Positions 55,451 through 64,000 of a stretch of DNA of 64,000 bases are shown here, piece after piece. The notes beneath the pieces were generated by a model. It was given only the letters and a program-made list of their open reading frames with translations, had not been told where the DNA came from and did no database searches. Made by a program: the position numbers and the translations under genes. This DNA is from Lama glama (lineage: Eukaryota), in contig CM052816.1 of assembly GCA_028534125.1 (NCBI GenBank), positions 34,970,001 to 35,034,000 on the forward strand, written 5' to 3'. Numbering within the stretch: the first letter of the stretch is position 1; each line of letters begins with the position of its first letter.

Positions 55451-57165
55451 AGGAGACCTCTGAAATTTTGAAGTGCGAGTTGTAGTCAGGCTGGTACAAA
55501 GGTGAAAAATACGTCAAGTTAAGAAAACTTTATTCACACTGGACCCTAGTTAGGGCTCTGTTTTTCCCCCAGATGTTTTTGCCTGTCCTTTCTTTAACTC
55601 AATACTCACAAGACTGATTAGACAATCTGTCTTTGAGGTTGGCAAGAAGACAACTAAATTTATGTGTCTACAGTGAAGCACTTTATTGCATAGAACAAGC
55701 GCTTTTCTTTGTGCCCCGGGAGCGGGTTTGGCTCGAGCAGTGCGGTTTCTCGTTCCCTGATATAACTCTTCCTGATGCTCCCAGGACTGCTGCAAGTGCT
55801 GACTTGGACCGTCCGACTACTCACTGGGATGACAGAGCTGCTAGCGTTTTTCACTGACCCTGAACTCCTTCTTAATGAAACAGGAACAGATCACTCAACG
55901 TAGCTGGGTTCTTGCCTAAATGTAAGCGACCAGAAGTGATGCAAGGTCCTGATTCTGTCATCAAGGAATCATAGCCCATCTTTAAAATATAAATTAAACT
56001 TCGAAAGAACAAAGACCCATTTGTCACTGTCTGGCCATCAATCTCCCTAATATTGAAGAGGTGAAAATTTTAGGTTCTCTGGGTGTCGGCTACCAGAATA
56101 CAATCTACAATTCTAATACTCTGTACTTCCCATATTTTTATACAGAACACTAGATTTCACAGAAGAGGCTACAATGAAGTGTAAAAGGAGCTCGACCTAA
56201 GCTACATTTATTATTATATTTATCTATATATAGATTAGTCACTGAGAGGTCTGCTGCTTAATTTCTTCCTGTTCTCTAGTCCGTCTTCATGTCTTTTCTT
56301 AGCTGAATTTACTTCTGATACCTTTGAATTAATCTCCCTCCACAGTTCTCCGAACTATACTGTATGCTAAGTATGCTTCTGTCAGCTTTTCAAGAGAAGA
56401 TCATTTCTCATTCTTCTTTGGCTCCCTGACACCTTGCACAGTCCACTCGATAGCAGTTTAATAAATGCTCCATGAAGGCATGCCATTCTTTTTATCTCCC
56501 TCAAGTACAGCTCTTGTTATTTAAAAATTTAAAACAATTTTGTAGTCCCTAAAGTTCTACCTCTTCTATGAAAACTTCCCAGATTGCAGTGTGCTGGTCT
56601 GTATAATTCCCACACCTGGTCAGTGGCTCACCATCAAACGATGCACCCAACCTTGTCATGCATATAATTATTATAGTAAAAGCAGTGGAGAAGGAAGGTA
56701 GGGTCATATAAAACCGAGCTTTCAAATGCTCTAGTATGGTTCACTGACAACTTATTTTGGTAACTCATGTAAAAGAGCAATTCCTAGTAAAAAAAAAAAT
56801 CCCATTAAGTCTATAATGGAAGGTAAACAGGTTTTTATAGCAGTCTTGTGTACCCTTCTCCTACCTTCAGTCTCCCAACAGAGATTATTTTTAATGCTTT
56901 TTTCCCCCTGAGCCCAAAGATACTATGTTAAGTCCATGGAGGAGGAGATAATTTTCATGGAAATTTCACTGTAAACTAGTAAGAAGGTACTTTGGAATCC
57001 ACATTCTGGTAGACATACTGGGGAGAACAACAGATCATGAGGTCTAAGGCCTCTCCCAATTGATGTGTCTCTAGACTTCTAAGCTGGTGGCTTTTAAACC
57101 CACGATAAACCAAGGAAACTGTCCAGGAACCTACACTCCACCAGCATGGCAGACAGAATTGCCAG

Positions 57166-57530
57166 TGTGGTAGCTACATTACTGCGCACAGATGCATGGT
57201 GTCCCTCCCTGTAGGAGGATGATACGTCCTCACCATGTTGAACTGAGGCATGGCTATGTGACTTGATTTAGTCAGTGAAATTTGAGATGGGATGGTTGTT
57301 ATGTCTACGAGGGAACTTTAAGAGCCAGTGCATGTCTTGGCAAGTCCCTGCTTCTGTGATCGTAGAAGCAACAGACCCTCCATCTTCCTGTGTCCCTAAG
57401 CAACTGTTGTAAGCAGAGCTCCTTTTCTGACCCTTGATGGACTGCAGTGAGCAATAAATGTAGCTGTTTTAAGTTCCTAAGATTCTCATGTTGTTACTGC
57501 AGCATAATCTCTCTTGTTCTCACTGATACA
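57166..57530 (+). mobile_element. MLT1-like (MaLR) solo LTR
   Basis: Begins tgtggtag and ends ...aataaatgtagctgttttaag...ttgttactgcagcataa...actgataca, giving TG...CA termini. Confidence 0.75.
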
Positions 57531-59779
57531 GAAGGCAAAACTTTTCTGCCCTCGGTGATGGCTAGAGCATGGGTGATGTCTGTAGTTCATCTGCAGTACC
57601 TCCCATGGCTTTTCAGTTTAGTGAACCTTCAATGCAGAGGAAAAAATTGCTCCCTTTACCTGTATTTTATAACTTGAAACTTTTGTGAGTTTTTCTCATT
57701 CCTAATAAATACTTCAGATACTCATGATGAAACAGGATAGAATAGGGTATCATTAACATCGCTTATGGGAAAAGGGAGAAAGGAAGTTTAATTTATATTT
57801 TAAAAATATTAAAATTTTTTTCACTCATGAAAAAGGTCCTTCCTAGTGCCACACATAATTCATCATGTGAGGTACAGAAGGTAAGTAAGAGAGGCCATTG
57901 CTCTGCCCTCTGGAGGTGCTGACTGACTGGGGCCTCCATTAAGTCTGACACTTGAATGTTACAGAGGTTTGTATGTAGCTGCTTGTTCCTACAAACCTTT
58001 CCAATTCTCTAGCCATGATACGATCAAGAGGTGTGGAAGAAGAGCTAGCACAGAGCATGGGACCAAGAAGACTTCTCAGTGGACTATGGCCCTGCTTGCG
58101 GGTTGAAGGGAGATAATAGTTTATGTGGAGAAGGCTCTGCTCTGAAGCGCTCCACTTACATAAGTGAAAGGACGTAAGGATGTCTACTCCACCACGTAAC
58201 GATGTTTTTCTCCCCAATTCACTGCAATTTAAATATACTCCACACTATTATCAGATGAAACAGATTATGAAAGGCATTTTCTGCGTATGCCTAAATGTCT
58301 CCAGTTCTAAGACGGAAGGCTTTCATCTTTTTCTGTCACTAGCAGGAGTGCTAAAAGAAAAAGCATCTGAAGTCCAAGACTTTCCTAAGGGGCAGCATCA
58401 AACAATGAAGTCATTCCAGCAGGTTTAGCGTTTAGTCATTTTCTTTCCTGCTCTCTTAAAAATCATCAATAGCTTTCTGATGAGAATTTTAAAAAGATAT
58501 CCTTTTCTGGTTGCCTAGGTCTTTCATAACACTGTTTTTAAAGAAATTTTCTGTGCTGCTAGGAACAATATCACTGATGATACCTATCTTACAAATAACA
58601 GCCAAACTCTTTCCCAGGGAATTTACTTGAAAAATGTGGCCAATATGAGCATGAAATGGACTGATCTTATGATTAATGTGTGCTAAGTTGCCAGTTCAAG
58701 ATGCCTTTAATATTGCTTTGGAAAGGCTATGTTTTGTACTATTTCTCCATTTGTGTCTGTGTAATTATCCAACATAACGAAAAAGGAAATGTGACTTTAA
58801 TTTATGACAGGTGTAATTCTCTATTTTAACCCATTTTTTTCTATTTAAGGCTTTATATGAATCACTATTAAGAGCCACTAAAGTAATGCATTACTTTTTT
58901 ATGTAATATGAATATGGTTTTCGTGTGCACAGAATAAAAATAGGCTTACTCTGCCAATAACGAGAGAAAAAAAAGTAAGCACTTTGTCTATAATAATATT
59001 TCACATTACCCAACGCAGCACTGCTTTGCTTACTAGGCACTACAAGTTTCTGCAATTTGAGCTTTTTCGGGGAGTCAGAGAAAAAAGTTTTGGCCTGTAT
59101 TTCTGATATGATTCAATAACATACTCGCCAGTCAGCTGGTAATTGATAGCAGTGTTCTCTCTTTGATTCCATTTTTTTTACTGCAATCCATCTAGCACTG
59201 TGTAGATCCTGTCAGCTAAGTGGCTGCCCATCTTCCTAGCTGATACTTACTTCGGTCATTGTAAAACGGAGAGGTTTTCGATCACTTCTTATTCCCACGT
59301 CAATTTATCAAAATACTAAACTTCAGAACCTGTCAGCAAAATGTGTGTTCCCATATCCACACATCCTATCCAGAAGAAAACTGGGAGTTTGCTTTCATAC
59401 CAGGGCATAGAGTTACTACAATTTTTATGTTGATTTAACCAGAAAACATCTACATCATAATGGGGAAAAAATGAAATAAAAATCATTTTGACATCTGCAA
59501 ATGAAGTGACAGTCAAACTGTATTTCCTAAAAGATGCCCCCTTGGTAAGGTTCAATAGGAACAAGCTTCCTATCCGTCAGCAAGGTCCCTAAGTTGTGAT
59601 GAATGAGAAGACAAGACATGGGCCCTATCCTTTAGGGGTACCGGGTGGGAGTGGGAATCTTCTGCAAGGTTGGTAGCAAGACAGAGATTCAGGAAGGTAT
59701 CTGTGGGAGACAGGAAGAGAGTCTGATAGACAATGTTAAAGAAAAGACCCAAGGCTCATCTATACTTCCCTTGATTCGT

Positions 59780-60280
59780 TCAGAACCTCTGTGCTCCTTC
59801 TGAGTCACTTTCAGTGGCTCTTCTTCCTTCTCCTTAAATGTTGCTCTAGCCCAGGCCCCCTTCTCCTCACTCTCCTTAGCAACCTTATTCTCTCTGATGG
59901 CTTTAATGATCACATAGGCATCAACAGATTCCAGTTTTATATCTCCCACGTCACTATTTCAGCTGGACTGTAAAGATTCCTCTTCCTAGAGACACTACAG
60001 GTATTTCAAACTGAGCCAGTCCAAAACAGATGTCAGATCTTTCCTTCCCCAGAATCTGCTCCTGATCCTTATTCCCTATCCTGTACTCACGGATTCATGG
60101 ATTGCCATGGGCCCCCTACCCATGTTAGAAGTGTATTCTCAAAATCTCCTCTGACTCTTCCCTTTCCTTCACTTTGTCATTTATCACATCCATAACTTAC
60201 CAATACTAACAATTTATCATTATTCTACCTCTGAAAAAGCTCTTGAATTCAACCCTTCCCTGGCATTCACACTGCATGTG
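59780..60280 (+). mobile_element. LINE-2 fragment
   Basis: ccccttctcctcactctccttagcaaccttattctctctgatggctttaatgatcac...aggtatttcaaactgagccagtccaaaac. Confidence 0.65.
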
Positions 60281-62059
60281 TCATAGAAGAGGCCCTTCTT
60301 TCTTTCTTTGACAACTATAGTTGTCTCCTAACTGTTCAGAGAGGGTAAGTGACTGCACCGCCCCCAATCTGTGAAACATCAGAGGGAAGCCCAGGGACAA
60401 CTGACTGCATACTAAAAGAAGGGGAGTAACTGGAGAAATGAAGAATTTTTGAGGTGACAGTACTGCTTCAAACAAGAAAAACAGAAGTTCTGGGGGGAGT
60501 CACTAAGCCTAAGTCTTTTAGTTAACATTAAGGTCTCAGTGAATTTTTCTTCGAACTCTTTTTACTATCTTGGATTATGCCCACTACAAGAAACATGCAA
60601 GATAATTAATAAGAAATAATAAGAATTATGAAACCTCCTGAAGGTCTACAAGTATCCCAAGGGCAATTTAAGGAGATAAATTACTTTCCTCTTTTATTAA
60701 ACCAAGAGGTAGAGTAGCTGTCCCTTTTCCCCCCACCCTTCTTTTCCTGTGCATCCTATTTGTGACATTCTCTCCTGCACTCCTCTAGGCAGAAGTCCCT
60801 CCAGTTCCAATGTGACAGAAATCGTCCTGGCTTGAGTTGGACTGCAGGGAACTGGGAAGACCCAACCAGCGCATGAGTCAGGAGCTAGGGCTGGACAGTA
60901 GGCCTACCGTGTCTTCAAGGGGAAACCAGGACAGGCTATCCTTCCCAAGTCAAATGGATGCTGGCCAAGTTCACAAGGGAAAGAGTAGAACCAAGCCTGG
61001 TAGAAACTTCAAGCCCTGAAGACTGGAGTGGGTTGAGAATCGGTTTTGGTGTCCTTAACTGCTTCCTTCCTCATAGGGCTGAAGCCACAGGGGCGCTCTA
61101 AAGAGTGCTCATCTCTTATGAGCCTTTCATCAGGCTTAGCCTCTTACCACCACTTTGTCACTGATCTCTCTATCCCTGTACGTGGCTCCTTTCCATCAGA
61201 CACTGGTTCATTCTCTTTCTAGTACCTCTGGATGGGAGTCTTGTTAAATCCGTTTGTGATTTATCAGCTGGATTTTACCTTGGACACTGTCATGGGTTCT
61301 GCCATGGCTCTATTCCTAGTATTTGGAAACCTGTCTTGCCCTACTCTTGCACTTCCCCAAATCCCTAAAAGCCAGACCAAGGCTGGTGCCTTAGCAGAGG
61401 CTTTAGGCACATTTGAACAGAGAAGAGGAGGCCTGGCATGAAAGCTGACCAGGAACAAACGTGGCAGAAGGACACAACTTTAGTAAACCCTCAGGGAGGG
61501 GCACGTTGGTGGGTGCATTGTTCAGGGACAGACAAAGCAACTCCTGTTCCTTCCTGTTTTCTTCTTCTGGAAGTCATGAGTAAAGCTTTGAAGCCCTCAC
61601 GACTTGCTCTAGGTTGGAGGCTTCCTTATCCATCTCCCCCTTCTCTTACAGAGCCTAGTAAGGTCCCAACTGAAAAGACCAGGTAATTATAACAGTGACT
61701 TTTATAAACTGATTAAGACGCAATTAAAAAATATTTCCTCCCAAAGAAACTAAGAGACTTTGGAAAACTGAAGCTACAGCATTAGATTGTACAGACAAGT
61801 TTCACAGCCTGTGTTACCTGACTGTTAACATTAGAATAAGGCTTCTTTGCTTCATATTGACAACATCAAAATTACTTTTATGACCACAGAAATACTATAG
61901 GTCACCCTAGTAATAATCACAGAGTTGAGACGTTATTTGGTTTGTACAAATACAGCAGACGTAACTAAGTTAAAGCATGGACTAGAGACCCATGTGTCTC
62001 CATTATCATCCAGTATTAATAAAATACTATTTTGACTTATTAAATTTATAAATGTGGGT

Positions 62060-62275
62060 AGATTTTGCATTGTAGTGGGAAAAAAGGATGGATTTGAAGG
62101 GTAGGAAGCCTAGATGGAAGCTCTGAAAGCACATGTATCCTCATTAAACCTCTGTTCTTTCACCTCTAAAATGGTGATAATTATTACTCTTGGTTTCTAA
62201 GAGCATCAAATGAGAATTTGCTTTTGAAAGTAATTTGTAAGCTATAACTATCTCAGTAAATGTAATTGCTATCAT
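62060..62275 (+). mobile_element. MIR SINE
   Basis: cctctgttctttcacctctaaaatggtgataatt...aaatgagaat resembles the MIR core. Confidence 0.55.
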
Positions 62276-63029
62276 TGTTTTCAAGACTGTATTTCAAGAG
62301 AGTACAGAGTAGAGACTACTCGTGAGAACATTCCAAAATGCCTGTGTACGTGGTATGTATGTGCTATTCCTGCATGGTGACATTTCCAAGACAAAACCAG
62401 AAAAGAACGGACGAAAACACTTCTTATATATGTACTCTTTTTTTCATCTCTTATGTTTCAAGTTATCTCTTATCCAGTCTTATATCAATATGCTTCATGG
62501 GTGGATCTGGGATGGCTCAAGCCAAGAAGAAGGAAGCGTGGTTGTGTAAAAGTTTACAGAGAGTTTCTTCGCTCATGTTTTTACATTTGAGGGTTGGTTA
62601 TTAGAACTCCATCTTGCAGTGGCAAAAGCCATCAGAAACAGCAAGGTGTCAGCCAAAGTCCAAGGAACAGTGAAGGCCAAAGGTATGAGGCCAAATGGTG
62701 ACGAGTCAGGTCAATTTACAAAGAAATGGGAATAAGCCAGGCCTGGAGTGGGAGGGTCCTGGATAATTTTGGAGAATACTTCTGTCGTGTCCTACCTATA
62801 GGTGTATGGTTAGTCAGAAGTCTATAGTTCACTGCCTAAATAAATCTCATTTTGTTTCCCTTGCTTAAAGCCCTTCCAATACTCCATCTATGGCTATAAT
62901 ATCCAAACTCATCTGCATGACAGTACTGATACTTATTGTAATTACTGATAATTAACCATTTTGATGTTTAAAAATGGCAAATGGCAACTAGGTGTGTTTC
63001 AACTAAATACAAAAAGCTCAACACTATTA

Positions 63030-63232
63030 AGAGTGATCTGCATTGAAAATTAGCTACATGATCTTGGGAAAATTACTTACCTTCACTGTACCTCAGTTTC
63101 CTCATCTATAAAAATGGAGGAGTAATAATGGCACATGAGGTTTTTTGTAAGAATTAAATGAATTAATATACCTAAGGTACCTAAAATAATACGTAGTGCT
63201 GGAGTACCACAGATTAACTGTCACTATTACTA
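63030..63232 (+). mobile_element. MIR SINE
   Basis: tgatcttgggaaaattacttaccttcactgtacctcagtttcctcatctataaaaatgg matches the MIR core. Confidence 0.85.
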
Positions 63233-64000
63233 TCCCTCCAGCTTTGCCTCTAACCATTCTCCCACCTGTCTTGACTTGCTCAAAGGGCACCCACAGTTTA
63301 TGGTCTCCTGAACATCTAATGTAGATGATTACTTTTCTGGCTGCTATGCCCTTTCCTCTCTTCACATGATTCATTCAGCAATGCCTTCCTGAGCAGTGAC
63401 TATTATCCTAGGTTCTGAAGAAACAGTTGGTAAAGAAACTATCCATGGTCTCCCCCCAAGGTAGTTCACAGTCTAATGAGAGAAAGAAACCTTTGCTGTT
63501 TAAAGGGTGACCCCCCCACTTGGATATCAGGACACAATCCCTGAGCCATGTCCCCTAGGAAGCTATTCTTGGTGTCCTCGGACAGTGTGCATCATTCTTC
63601 CTGTATATTAATCTTGTTTCTAGGAACACACCTTTATAGTGCGACTGCACTGGTTTCACTGACACATTTCTATTCTCTTCCTCCTTCAAGCTCTTCCACA
63701 ACAGAGACCGTATGTCCTTCTCAGGGCTTGACTGCTGAGCTGAGTTTCTGGCTAAACTGCTTCTAACAGAAGAGTCAATAGTCACTGTCTGGTTTAATTA
63801 TCAAAGCTATTATCTATGTGGGAGCCAACTCCGAAATCTTTAAGAACAAAATCTAATTTGAGTTACTTGTTTGGGACAGGCCCCTCAACAGCTGGAGGGA
63901 GAAGTCTAATTGTATCAGCATACTATTTACAATCATTTTTAATAAATAACAGAAGAAAAACATCAAGATGGTAAAAACCTCTCTTCTTGATGTTACATTT

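Overview
Mammalian genomic DNA; the SINE and young L1 sequences suggest a camelid, but this is inferred. The window holds the 3' end of the FER non-receptor tyrosine kinase gene on the minus strand. Three coding exons splice in frame at GT-AG boundaries (23082-22928, 8964-8842, 7776-7634) and encode the kinase from the catalytic loop (R|DLAARN) through DFG, the activation-loop Tyr and APE to the stop codon. Positions 1-7633 are the probable long 3' UTR and downstream region. Positions 23083-64000 are part of one large intron; I could not find the preceding exon in the window. The rest is mostly interspersed repeats (L1, L2, MIR, MLT1, MER3, tRNA-derived SINEs). The most unusual structure is an old, apparently full-length L1 of about 9.3 kb in the penultimate intron. 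It is sense-oriented to FER, has a tandem-monomer 5' UTR, and carries three younger L1 insertions, each with a readable target-site duplication (TSD). I found no convincing new protein-coding system: apart from the FER exons and decayed L1 fragments, the ORFs in the track look spurious. Repeat boundaries are approximate and subfamily names are from recall, not from a search.
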